DNA of 64,000 nt from assembly GCA_964566925.1 (NCBI GenBank), contig CAZMIZ010000001.1, positions 71,248-135,247 of the forward strand, in the 5' to 3' direction. Of this stretch, positions 19,260-28,672 are shown piece by piece; the stretch's first letter is position 1; the number at the start of each line of letters is the position of its first letter. Made by a program: the position numbers and the translations under genes. The notes beneath the pieces were generated by a model. The model had not been told where the DNA came from and did not search any database. It saw nothing but the letters and a program-made list of their open reading frames with translations. The DNA comes from an uncultured Gammaproteobacteria bacterium (GTDB lineage: Bacteria; Patescibacteriota; Microgenomatia; PFEM01; DATLAM01).

Positions 19260-21521
19260 TTATTTAAGCTTTGTTCCTATTTGAATATTTCTGGCGAGCC
19301 GGGGAAAGGTTTCCAGTCGACGAGGAAAGTGGGGGGTAATCTTCGCTTCAAAACCAACCACGTTAGGAAGATTATCTAAATAGAGTTCACCCAGTTCAGG
19401 ATATTTGCCTGCCAAATTTTTCTTAATTTCCTCTAGGTCGAGCTTGGGGAGAAGATTTGCTTTAAGGAGGGATGTAAATCGGGCACTACCGTCTTCTTCG
19501 ACATCAATCAGTTCAAAACTAATTTCGCTCTCTTCTCTTTTAAATTCAAAACCGGAAGGAACTGTTTCCCGGATTTGGTCTTCAATTAAGTTTTTAAAAT
19601 CCTCTTCTTTATAAGCAAGAGCGGAAATCTTCGAGCTTAAAGAAAGGGTCAGTTGGTCCGCTTCTTTATCTACTTCTTGAGAATAACTTTTTTTAACCAC
19701 CAAAACTTCAAGAGATTCTTCTAAAAGTTTCGTGTCCGGTAATAGTTTTTGGCTAAGCTCACCAGCCGCTTTTTGTTTTAATTCCTCGGTTAAAGCTGAA
19801 AGGAGATTTTCCTGGTCCTCTTCAGAAACCACCGCTACTTCACGGCTCGTTCCGCCGGTAAAGGCGCTTTCATTCTTAGCAATGTAGTCAGCCGTGGAAA
19901 AATCGGCAATTGAAAATTCTGAATCGGCGGCCAAATTCCCCTCAGTGCCGATTTCAACAGCTGTCACGGCCACCGTCGCTTTCCCTGGGATTTTAGTGTA
20001 ATCTGGCCCGGCACTCTCAGAAGCAACAGTGACATCATCATTAAAACTGAAATCTAAATCTCCTGGTCCACTAATCATCGTTCCGGCCGTGAATTTTTTA
20101 GAACCTTCAGTCCGATTAAAAATGGTCACTTCTCCTTTAGAGGGGTCGCCAATCAATTTAGTTCCGGTAGTATCAATTGTTTTTTCTCCATCAATCTCGG
20201 CCTCAACTAAATCAGCTGGTAGGGCAAGGTTCGCTGGTTCAGCCGTGGAAAGTTCGGGATCAAGTTTGATTTCGAATTCTTTTTCTAAAACCTTGGGCTC
20301 AACAAAAAGGACTACCTCCGCCCGAGGAAGATACCAATAAGCGGCGATAACCACCCCGCCAACGACAAAAAGTAAACCAAGAATTAAGCCGATTACTAGC
20401 GGCGTCCTTTCTTTAAACCGAGAGAGAGAAAGAAGAGTCGCTAATTTAGAAAAATTAATCTTAGGAAAAGCTAATTTCGAGAAATCTATCTTCGGCATTC
20501 TTAAGGCAAATAAACGCTTCCCCGGAAAAGAAGGAGGGGCGCCCTCTTCTTCAGGCGGTGGTGCTACTCCTGGTTTTTCTTCAGCGGGGGGAATCTCGAC
20601 TGTCGGTTCTGGTTTAGTTTCGGGCAATTCTTCCTCAACCACATCCTTCCCTCTAACGAATCCAAAATCGGCCTTTTCTTTTTTCCCCGGTTCTTCTTCC
20701 GAAGAAGGGGTTTCTTTTTCCTCTTCCTTCTCATTTTTGGGCTCTGGTTCAAGAACTTTGATCCCTGCCGCTTTAGCCACTTCTCTTCCTCCTGAAAGAG
20801 CCACTGCCTGAATATCAAAATCGGCTGGCAAAATTTCGATTTTAGGTAGATGAACAAAAAAGGAAGGCCAGGAATAAGCAAGAAGCTGCTCCTTGGCTTT
20901 GTTTAAATCTTCTCCGGCGTTATAAAGGAAGATCCTGGCTGGAAAAGAATCTTCTTCCCTTAGGCGCGATAAGCCTTCGGCAACATCTGCTCCTAAATCT
21001 TGGCTTCTTTTAACCAAAGTCGTGGCCCCAATTTTTCCTAGATTAACTAAGCTAATTCGAGCCTCCTTTTTCTCTAGGCCTAAGAGAATGGCGGTGGGAG
21101 GAATCCCCTCGTTAATTTTTAGTTGATGGGTAATCGCCTCAGTGATAACCACAAAGCCAACCGGCTTTAAATCTAGTTTCTGAGAAACCTTTTTTAAGAC
21201 TCCCAGTTTATCAGGGGCAATTCTTTCTTCTTCGACCCAGCTTTCAGGTAAGCCAAAGATAACCTTATTAGGCTCCTTTGTTTCCCCTTCTGGAGGAGAA
21301 AAGTTTTCGCTGGCACTGGAGAGAGTGGCATCAATCGCCTTCAGAAGATCTACCTCTTCTTCCCATAACTCAGCGGCACCAGTGGCGACGACTTTCGTTT
21401 TCTCTTTTTCTACTGTCCAAATCGCCCCCCTCACTTTTTCGGAAGAAATCACTAAAGCAAAGAAGTATTCTTCTTTCTCTTCTTTTTTGCCGATTTTAGA
21501 AATGATATCTTTGACTTCCAT
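19260..21521 (-). CDS. Bitopic protein: actin/FtsA-like N-domain, E/P linker, TM, baseplate-J-like external region
   Basis: FALVISSEKVRGAIW start; TM ending YWYLP; GEVTIFN, VAVTAVEIGTEGNL, NESAFTGG resemble baseplate J/gp47-type segments. Confidence 0.6.
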   Translation of the reverse strand: MEVKDIISKIGKKEEKEEYFFALVISSEKVRGAIWTVEKEKTKVVATGAAELWEEEVDLLKAIDATLSSASENFSPPEGETKEPNKVIFGLPESWVEEERIAPDKLGVLKKVSQKLDLKPVGFVVITEAITHQLKINEGIPPTAILLGLEKKEARISLVNLGKIGATTLVKRSQDLGADVAEGLSRLREEDSFPARIFLYNAGEDLNKAKEQLLAYSWPSFFVHLPKIEILPADFDIQAVALSGGREVAKAAGIKVLEPEPKNEKEEEKETPSSEEEPGKKEKADFGFVRGKDVVEEELPETKPEPTVEIPPAEEKPGVAPPPEEEGAPPSFPGKRLFALRMPKIDFSKLAFPKINFSKLATLLSLSRFKERTPLVIGLILGLLFVVGGVVIAAYWYLPRAEVVLFVEPKVLEKEFEIKLDPELSTAEPANLALPADLVEAEIDGEKTIDTTGTKLIGDPSKGEVTIFNRTEGSKKFTAGTMISGPGDLDFSFNDDVTVASESAGPDYTKIPGKATVAVTAVEIGTEGNLAADSEFSIADFSTADYIAKNESAFTGGTSREVAVVSEEDQENLLSALTEELKQKAAGELSQKLLPDTKLLEESLEVLVVKKSYSQEVDKEADQLTLSLSSKISALAYKEEDFKNLIEDQIRETVPSGFEFKREESEISFELIDVEEDGSARFTSLLKANLLPKLDLEEIKKNLAGKYPELGELYLDNLPNVVGFEAKITPHFPRRLETFPRLARNIQIGTKLK

Positions 21522-21523
21522 TG

Positions 21524-23305
21524 TTAGGCAGGCTGAAGGTAAAGCCGGCGCCTGCCGGCCCCTACAGATTCTTCTCTAGTTATTTTAACACGACTAATTT
21601 GGCCAGTAAAAGCGACATGTGGCCCACCACAGACTTCTTTAGAATAATCTCCAATTAAATAAACCTTTACTTTTTCACCGTACTTCTCATCAAAAAAAGC
21701 GAGAGCCCCTTCTTTCTTGGCTTCCTCAAGGGTCATCATTTTCATTTTAACAGGGAGGTTTGCTCTTATCTGTTGATTAATAATCTTTTCAATCTTTCTT
21801 ATTTGTGCTTCAGTCAACTTCTCTGGGTGAGTAAAATCAAACCGTAATCGTTCCGGGGTAATGTTGCTCCCTACCTGCTTGATGTGATCTCCTAAAACAT
21901 CTCGCAAGGCTTGGTGTAAAAGATGAGTAGCGGTGTGTAGCTTAGTTACTTCCTCAGAATGATCCGCCAACCCCCCAACAAATTTCTTTTCCGCTCCTTT
22001 TCTGGAAATCTCTTGATGTTTTTTAAATTCTTTTTCAAAAACTTCTTTTGCAATTTTTTGGCCTCTTTCTTGAGCAATTTCCTCGGTCATCTCTAAAGGA
22101 AATCCATAAGTTTCATAAAGATAAAAAGCAATTTTCCCAGTAATGGTTGGGTACTTCTCAATTTCCTTAAGACCTCTTCCAATGGTCCATCTAATCTTAC
22201 GAATTTCTAAGCTAACCTCCCTCATAATCTCATCAGAATTAATTCCCTGAAAGTAGTCTGGGTAAATACTAATGATAATCTCAACTAACGACTTAAAATC
22301 TTTGCTGTCAAAACTCTTATCGATTGAATATGCCTTGAAGGCAGACCTCCGTAGTAATCTTCTCAAGATATATCCTTGGTCTTTATTGGATGGTTTTACA
22401 TCATCTGAAATTAGAAAGACTGACGCCTTAAGATGATCAGCAATAACCCGAAAGGATCGTAAATCCTTCCAATCAGAGCCGCGATCGTTCTTTAAACAGG
22501 AAAAATTTGAGGCTGGATGTTTTCTTCCAAAAATATCTTTTATCTTTTTTATAATGGAGGCAAACAATTCCGTCTGATAAACATCCTTTTTCCCTTGAAG
22601 AACGGTCATTATTCGCTCCACTCCCATGCCGGTATCAATGTTGCGTTGTTTTAACTTCTCAAGCTTGCCATTCTTTAATTTATTAAACTGCATAAAGACA
22701 TTATTCCAGACCTCAAAATATTTTCCACAACCACATCCGGGGCGGCATTGAGGCCCACACTTTTTCTTACCGGTGTCGTAAAACATCTCCGTGTCTGGGC
22801 CGCAAGGGCCGGTTTCACCAACCGCCCACCAGTTATCCTCTTTGCCTAAAAAATAAATTCTTTCTTTAGGCAAACCTAAAGACTGCCAAATTTTGGCGGT
22901 TTCCTCGTCACGAGGAGTAGCCTTGTCGCCAGCGAAACAGGTAGTGGCAATCCGTTTAGAGTCAAGGTTAAGTTCTTGGGTTAAAAATTCCCAAGACCAA
23001 GAAACCGCCTCCTTTTTCCAATAATCCCCTAGAGACCAATTGCCCAACATCTCAAAAAAGGTGAGGTGAGTAAGATCGCCGACCTCTTCAATATCTTGGG
23101 TGCGCAGACAACGCTGAAGAGAAACCAGTCTTCTTCCTAAGGGATGGGGCTCGCCTAGAAGATAGGGTACCAAGGGATGCATCCCAGAATTAATAAAAAG
23201 AGCCGTTGGGTCATTTTCGGGAATCAAAGAAACATTAGGGAGTTTTTTGTGGCCCCTTTTTTCAAAAAAATCAAGATATTTTTTCTTTAACTGTTTAGCG
23301 ATCAT
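21524..23305 (-). CDS. alaS: Alanyl-tRNA synthetase, short form lacking the C-Ala domain
   Basis: FINSGM, HLTFFEMLGN, GPCGP, IDTGMG, HTATH, CGGPH. Confidence 0.97.
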   Translation of the reverse strand: MIAKQLKKKYLDFFEKRGHKKLPNVSLIPENDPTALFINSGMHPLVPYLLGEPHPLGRRLVSLQRCLRTQDIEEVGDLTHLTFFEMLGNWSLGDYWKKEAVSWSWEFLTQELNLDSKRIATTCFAGDKATPRDEETAKIWQSLGLPKERIYFLGKEDNWWAVGETGPCGPDTEMFYDTGKKKCGPQCRPGCGCGKYFEVWNNVFMQFNKLKNGKLEKLKQRNIDTGMGVERIMTVLQGKKDVYQTELFASIIKKIKDIFGRKHPASNFSCLKNDRGSDWKDLRSFRVIADHLKASVFLISDDVKPSNKDQGYILRRLLRRSAFKAYSIDKSFDSKDFKSLVEIIISIYPDYFQGINSDEIMREVSLEIRKIRWTIGRGLKEIEKYPTITGKIAFYLYETYGFPLEMTEEIAQERGQKIAKEVFEKEFKKHQEISRKGAEKKFVGGLADHSEEVTKLHTATHLLHQALRDVLGDHIKQVGSNITPERLRFDFTHPEKLTEAQIRKIEKIINQQIRANLPVKMKMMTLEEAKKEGALAFFDEKYGEKVKVYLIGDYSKEVCGGPHVAFTGQISRVKITREESVGAGRRRLYLQPA

Positions 23306-23348
23306 TAAAAATCATGATACCTGAAAGTTGGCTTTGAGGCAAGAAAGA

Positions 23349-23702
23349 CTAAGATAATTTTTTGCCGGAGCGGGTGAAAAAACGGCCAGTTGCTTTCCGG
23401 CCGCGTTCACGAAGTTCATCAATGTGGGCTAGTTTCTCTCGAGTTTCTTTGCCAAGCTCGCCACTTTTGGCTGTTTCTTCGAGTTTAACTTTCACTTTCT
23501 GAGCTTTTTGCGAAAACTCCTTTCCTTTTTCTTCAACTTCAGCCACCAGTTCGCCTAAGTTCTCGAGAGTCGCTCTTCCTTTTCTTTTTAGCTTTTTTTT
23601 GGTTTTCTCATCGCTGGCCAAAAAGAAAGCTAAGCCTGCTCCAATTAGGGCTCCAAAAACTAAACCGTTCAAAAAATTATTACCGTGATCGCGTTTTTCC
23701 AT
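23349..23702 (-). CDS. YtxH-like protein
   Basis: FLNGLVFGALIGAGLAFFLA followed by a charged helix. Confidence 0.75.
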   Translation of the reverse strand: MEKRDHGNNFLNGLVFGALIGAGLAFFLASDEKTKKKLKRKGRATLENLGELVAEVEEKGKEFSQKAQKVKVKLEETAKSGELGKETREKLAHIDELRERGRKATGRFFTRSGKKLS

Positions 23703-23710
23703 GAAGATCT

Positions 23711-23995
23711 TTATTCTTCTCCAGTGATTTTGGCCGACTTTTTTCTTTTCCGGCTGACCAGCCAGCCAAGAAGGCCGGTAATACCCGAAACCCCCGTAAT
23801 TCCGTCGGAAAGAGAAGCGATTGGCCTAGCAATCGACTCGGAAATGGTGCCCGCATCATCCAACATTTTATTCATTTTTTCAACCGTTCTTTTAAATTCT
23901 CGGAGAATAAAAAAAACCTGAACTCCAATAATAGTTAACAAGATAGTCAAGGTGGTAACGACAACGATAAGAAGAACCTGAGTAGTATCAATCAT
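23711..23995 (-). CDS. YtxG/DUF948-like membrane protein
   Basis: N-terminal TM plus coiled coil; adjacent to the YtxH-like gene. Confidence 0.6.
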   Translation of the reverse strand: MIDTTQVLLIVVVTTLTILLTIIGVQVFFILREFKRTVEKMNKMLDDAGTISESIARPIASLSDGITGVSGITGLLGWLVSRKRKKSAKITGEE

Positions 23996-24046
23996 AATCT
24001 TAGTATCTAACACCCTTCAAAAAGAAGTCAACCCTAACTTTCTAGT

Positions 24047-24685
24047 TCATTCTATGGCATAAACAGTCCGGCTAATTTCACTCTTCTTCCCTTGCTTATT
24101 GGTCGCTTCGACTACAATCGCGTTCCTGCCACTACTTAACTTCAGTTGATAGCGAAACTCTCCTTCTTCAGAAAGATTAACAATCTGACCGTTAACGGTC
24201 ACGACGGCATCGGCGCTGGTCTTACCCACCACCTCAATCGTTTCGCCAATCACTTTTTCTTCAGGTAAGGGAGCGATTAAAGTAATTCGGGGCGGATTAA
24301 TTAGAGAAAAATACTGATAAAGGAGGTAGCCAAAAAAAAGAACGAAAAAACCCGCCGCTAAAAGAATAATCGTCAGTCTGGGTGACCAAGAAAGGAAGGG
24401 TTTGTCCAGCGGCTTCAAGGCTATTTGGGGAATGACGCGCCCTCGCTTATCTTGGGTAAAATCGCGGCGGAAAATGGCTAACAATGAGGTTGAAGAAAGA
24501 CCTAAAAATTCAGCATAATTTTTAATGAAGCCACGGGCAGAAGTAAGAGAGGGTAATTTTTCATATTCGTCCTCTTCTAGGGCCCGAAGGTTATCAAGAC
24601 GAATCTTGGTGGCTTTCTCTATTTCGGCAAGACTCACCCCTTTTTCTTGACGATTTTTTTTCAAAATCTGGCCAACGGTTTTCAT
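24047..24685 (-). CDS. RodZ-like HTH membrane protein with a C-terminal Ig-like domain
   Basis: TVGQILKKNR...GFIKNYAEFLGL, TM, beta-rich C-terminus; follows ftsK. Confidence 0.8.
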   Translation of the reverse strand: MKTVGQILKKNRQEKGVSLAEIEKATKIRLDNLRALEEDEYEKLPSLTSARGFIKNYAEFLGLSSTSLLAIFRRDFTQDKRGRVIPQIALKPLDKPFLSWSPRLTIILLAAGFFVLFFGYLLYQYFSLINPPRITLIAPLPEEKVIGETIEVVGKTSADAVVTVNGQIVNLSEEGEFRYQLKLSSGRNAIVVEATNKQGKKSEISRTVYAIE

Positions 24686-24695
24686 TAATGAAGCT

Positions 24696-26765
24696 TCAGC
24701 TAGTAGATTGAGAGGCTAAAAATTCTTCGGCATTTTTAACTAAGACTTCCCGTGGCTTTGAAGCATCAGCGGGTCCGACAATTCCGGAGCGCTCGAGCTG
24801 GTCAAGAATCCGAGCCGCCCGGGCATAACCGATTTTCAGGCGCCGTTGCAGAAGAGAGGCTGAAGCTCGATCGTATTGACAAACGGTTCTCACCGCATCA
24901 GCGAAAAACTCATCTCTTTCCGCCTCTTTCCCTGGTTTGACCATCATGCTGGGCATCTGAGTTACTTCTTCGGTATAAACCGGAGGGACACCGCTTTTTT
25001 TGAGAAAACCTATCAATTTTTGGATTTCCGGTTCGGAAACATAGGCGCCTTGAATCCGAGTCGGCTTAGCTTGATCGGGGGGAATATAGAGCATGTCGCC
25101 TCTCCCTAAGAGTTTTTCTGCCCCAGCCGTATCGAGAATGACCCTAGAATCAACTTGAGAAGAAACAGCAAAGGCAATCCGGCAAGGAACATTGGCTTTG
25201 ATCAAACCGGTGATGACATCAACTGAGGGGCGTTGGGTGGAAATCACTAAATGAATTCCAGTCGCTCGGGCCATCTGAGCAATCCGACAGATCGTGTCCT
25301 CAACTTCGGCCGGGGCAAAGAGAATAATATCGGCCAACTCATCAACAATAATAACGATGAAAGGAAGAGCAGCAAAGCCAGAAAGTTCATTATAAGACTC
25401 AATGTTCCTCACCCCTGTTTCGGCAAAAAGCTTGTAACGCCGGTCCATTTCGCTAATGGCCCACTTCAAAGCAGAAACAACTTTGTCTGGTTCAACAATC
25501 ACTGGGGTCAAAAGGTGGGGAATACCATTGTATTGAGTTAATTCCACTCTTTTGGGATCAACAAGAATAAATTTCACTTCAGAAGGCGAGGCTCGGAAAA
25601 GAATCGAGGCAATAAAAGAATTCAGACAAACCGTTTTCCCTGAACCTGTAGTCCCGGCGATTAAAACGTGCGGCATCCGACTTAAATCGGCTACCACCGG
25701 CTGGCCAGAGACATTCAATCCTAAAGAAACAGTTAATTTTGACTTAGCTTTTTTCATTGTTTCGCCAGTCAGAATCTTCTTTAAAGTTACAAATTCAAGG
25801 GAGCGATTAGGAATTTCAATCCCTACTAAAGAACGACCTGGAATTGGGGCTTCAATTCGAATTTGACCTGTCGGCGCGGCCAAAGCCAAAGCCAAGTCGC
25901 TTCCTAAGGCAGTAATTTTACTCAACTTTGTTCCTAGGGCAATCTCTAAAGCATACTGGGTGACGGCTGGCCCAAGATTGACCTCGGCTACCCGAGCCGC
26001 AATACCAAAAGATTCCAAAGTCTTCTCAATTACGGCCGCATTAGCCTTAATATCGCCCCGATCAGCTTTTCCAGAGACGGCGTCGGCTAAAACCGAAAGA
26101 GGGGGATATTCCCAAATTTGATCTTCAACCGGAACGCTGGTAACCAGTTGAGTTCCTAATTCAAGAGAGGGTTTTTCTTTCGACTCCTTCTTTTTTTCTT
26201 CTTTCGCCTCTTCTATTCCCCGAACGGTCATCGGCGCTTTTTTGATCGTTGCCGGCCGGGAAACACCCTTTCTGATGAGCGAAACACCATTTTGAAGAGA
26301 AGAAAACACTTTCCCGACAAAAAGAAGAACTTCTTCTAGTGAAGTGTTAAAAGTAATCACGAAACCAATAAAACTAATTCCTAGAAGAACTAAAAAGGCG
26401 CCAAAGCCGGTAATGAGAACCGTCAAGTTTTGCCAAATTTCCAACCCAATTAATCCTGACCGAGTTAAACTAATAGCGGCCACAAGGAGAATGCTTGCGC
26501 CCACAAAAACATTGGGGCGGGTAATTTGCCAGCGTAAACGAGAAAGCATTAAGCCGGCCACAATAAATAAAAAAGGTAAAAAAAGAACTCCCCAGCCAAA
26601 AAGTTGAGAAAGAAAAGTGAAAAGTTGAGAAAGGAGTGGCCCTTGACGAGAAAAAGAAAGAATAATCACCACCCCAATGGCGATCAGCAAAACGCTTGAA
26701 AGAGTATAAAAGGTTGCCTTCTTAAGTTTTAATTGAAATGGTTTCTTCCTTCTTCCGCGGGCCAT
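24696..26765 (-). CDS. ftsK: DNA translocase FtsK/SpoIIIE
   Basis: N-terminal TMs, GTTGSGKT, VDELAD, TQRPS, gamma domain LQRRLKIGYARAAR. Confidence 0.97.
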   Translation of the reverse strand: MARGRRKKPFQLKLKKATFYTLSSVLLIAIGVVIILSFSRQGPLLSQLFTFLSQLFGWGVLFLPFLFIVAGLMLSRLRWQITRPNVFVGASILLVAAISLTRSGLIGLEIWQNLTVLITGFGAFLVLLGISFIGFVITFNTSLEEVLLFVGKVFSSLQNGVSLIRKGVSRPATIKKAPMTVRGIEEAKEEKKKESKEKPSLELGTQLVTSVPVEDQIWEYPPLSVLADAVSGKADRGDIKANAAVIEKTLESFGIAARVAEVNLGPAVTQYALEIALGTKLSKITALGSDLALALAAPTGQIRIEAPIPGRSLVGIEIPNRSLEFVTLKKILTGETMKKAKSKLTVSLGLNVSGQPVVADLSRMPHVLIAGTTGSGKTVCLNSFIASILFRASPSEVKFILVDPKRVELTQYNGIPHLLTPVIVEPDKVVSALKWAISEMDRRYKLFAETGVRNIESYNELSGFAALPFIVIIVDELADIILFAPAEVEDTICRIAQMARATGIHLVISTQRPSVDVITGLIKANVPCRIAFAVSSQVDSRVILDTAGAEKLLGRGDMLYIPPDQAKPTRIQGAYVSEPEIQKLIGFLKKSGVPPVYTEEVTQMPSMMVKPGKEAERDEFFADAVRTVCQYDRASASLLQRRLKIGYARAARILDQLERSGIVGPADASKPREVLVKNAEEFLASQSTS

Positions 26766-26859
26766 AGATAGTTAAATTACGCATCATCCCGGCTTCTATC
26801 GGGATCTCCGATAACCATTTCGATTATAACATGAGTAAAGCCTAGAAGAAAATGAGCTC

Positions 26860-27498
26860 TTACTCGATCAAGCTTAACTGTTTTCCTTTTTTCTCTAATC
26901 CAACTGGCTCTTCTTTTCCAACTGCCAAATCTCCTTTTAAAAGAAGCGAAATTTTCTGAAAGTCTTCTTTCAATTGATGCATAATTTCGCCTCTTCTCAA
27001 AGCTGCCGCTGGATGATACATTGGCAAAACAATGAGCTTTTTCCCCTGCCAATCAACAAAGCGGGCTTGGCCGTGAATTTGGCTAATTTTCTCATCTGGT
27101 AAAAATTTAGCCATTGAAAAGCGGCCAAGAGTAACAATTATTTTAGGATTAATAACTCTGATTTGTTCATCTAAGAACGGTCGGCAAGCTTCTATTTCTT
27201 CAGGTAGAGGATCACGATTGCCTGGAGGGCGGTGTTTAATCACATTGCCGATAAAAACCTGACTTCTTTTAAGCTTAATTGAGGCTAACAGTTTGTCTAA
27301 AAGCTTGCCGGCGGCACCCACAAAAGGTAATCCTTGTTGATCTTCGTGATAGCCTGGCCCTTCGCCAATAAACATCACTTCCGCTTCAGAATTACCAGCG
27401 CCAGGGACCGCCCTGTTGGCCCCTCTATAAAGTACACAGCGGGTGCATTTTCCCACCCGCGCCGTAATCTTTTTAAGTCTTTCTTCTTTACTTTCCAT
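26860..27498 (-). CDS. Family 4 uracil-DNA glycosylase
   Basis: CTRC, GEGPG, GLPFVG, RPPGNRDP, HPAA. Confidence 0.93.
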   Translation of the reverse strand: MESKEERLKKITARVGKCTRCVLYRGANRAVPGAGNSEAEVMFIGEGPGYHEDQQGLPFVGAAGKLLDKLLASIKLKRSQVFIGNVIKHRPPGNRDPLPEEIEACRPFLDEQIRVINPKIIVTLGRFSMAKFLPDEKISQIHGQARFVDWQGKKLIVLPMYHPAAALRRGEIMHQLKEDFQKISLLLKGDLAVGKEEPVGLEKKGKQLSLIE

Positions 27499-27504
27499 TA
27501 AAAG

Positions 27505-28629
27505 TCACCAGGTTGGCAGGAATTCTTTCATGTTCTCAACAGTTATATGAGAAGTTCTCTCTTTCCCTTCCACAATGAGCTTAGCCACTTTACGGCAAAT
27601 GCCATTAATTGTTCTTTGCAGGGTTCGGACGCCAGCATCATAACCGAGAGGTCTAACGATTTTGGGCCAAACATTATCATCAATCTTAATCGCCTCTTTG
27701 TCTAGCCCCGACTCTTTCATCATTCGGGGTAAAACATAATCCCGGCCAATGGCAATTTTCTCCTCGTCGGTGTAAGAAGGCATCTGCATCGGCTCCAGTC
27801 GATCTAAAACAGCGGTGGCAATTGAGGTTGTATTGTTGGCAGTAGCAATAAAAAGAACTTCGGAAAGATCAAAAGGAAAGTCAATAAAATGATCCCGAAA
27901 AGCCATATTTTGTTCGGGATCTAAAAGTTCCACCAGAACCCCCATAATACTGGCCCGGCCCTCGTCGGTGACTCGGTCAAGCTCATCAAGTAAAATCACT
28001 GGGTTTTTAGTTCCACAGCGCCTTAAAGCCTTCATTACCAACCCTACTTCTGCGTCCGGGTGAATCCGGGATTGACCCCGGAGATCAAGGGGATCACCCA
28101 TCCCGCCGAAAGGAATTCGGGCAAATTTTCTTCCCATCGCCTCGGCGATTGAATAAGCAATTGTTGTTTTACCGGTCCCCACTAAACCAACAAAGCAAAG
28201 AATTGGGGCTCTCATAAATTTCAGAATTCCCTCTCTCTTCTCCGACTTATTGTCCGCCGAAGTGTCAGTGAAGGCGGAATCTTTAGTGGAAGAAGCCCCT
28301 TCTCTTTTCAGTTTAAGAACAGCTAAATACTCCAAAACCCGCTCTTTAATTTCCGCCAAGCCATAATGGTTTTGGTCAAGGATTTCCCGAACGTGGTTAA
28401 GGTCAAGAATATCTTCGCTTCGCTTGTTCCAGGGAAGATTAGTCGCCCAATCAATGTAGGTAGCAACCCGCTCATATTCCAAAGAATACTCCCCAGAACG
28501 AGCCATTCGCCCTAAGCGCCGAAGCATTGTTAGACTTTTTTCTCTTAATTCTGGCGGCAAGGAAGCGGCGTCAACTTTCTTTTCGAGTTCGGCTACCTCA
28601 TGAAAGGAATCGGCAGTTTTCTCAGCCAT
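27505..28629 (-). CDS. Lon-like AAA+ ATPase lacking the N-terminal and protease domains
   Basis: LDQNHYGL, GLVGTGKT, LLDELD, ELLDPEQN, DRLE, GVRTLQR; no Ser-Lys protease domain. Confidence 0.85.
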   Translation of the reverse strand: MAEKTADSFHEVAELEKKVDAASLPPELREKSLTMLRRLGRMARSGEYSLEYERVATYIDWATNLPWNKRSEDILDLNHVREILDQNHYGLAEIKERVLEYLAVLKLKREGASSTKDSAFTDTSADNKSEKREGILKFMRAPILCFVGLVGTGKTTIAYSIAEAMGRKFARIPFGGMGDPLDLRGQSRIHPDAEVGLVMKALRRCGTKNPVILLDELDRVTDEGRASIMGVLVELLDPEQNMAFRDHFIDFPFDLSEVLFIATANNTTSIATAVLDRLEPMQMPSYTDEEKIAIGRDYVLPRMMKESGLDKEAIKIDDNVWPKIVRPLGYDAGVRTLQRTINGICRKVAKLIVEGKERTSHITVENMKEFLPTW

Positions 28630-28672
28630 TCTAAGAAAAGGTTAACACAAAGCTTAAGGGCAAACAAGTTGT

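Noticed and set aside
19260-21521. Prophage or contractile injection system
   Set aside because: Only one baseplate-like gene, which has a TM; no sheath, tube, capsid or integrase genes
26777-26830. 13-aa uORF before ftsK containing the ATCCCG..CGGGAT hairpin (26786-26805)
   Set aside because: ATG is only 4 nt from the -10 box and likely upstream of the TSS; single hairpin copy in the window
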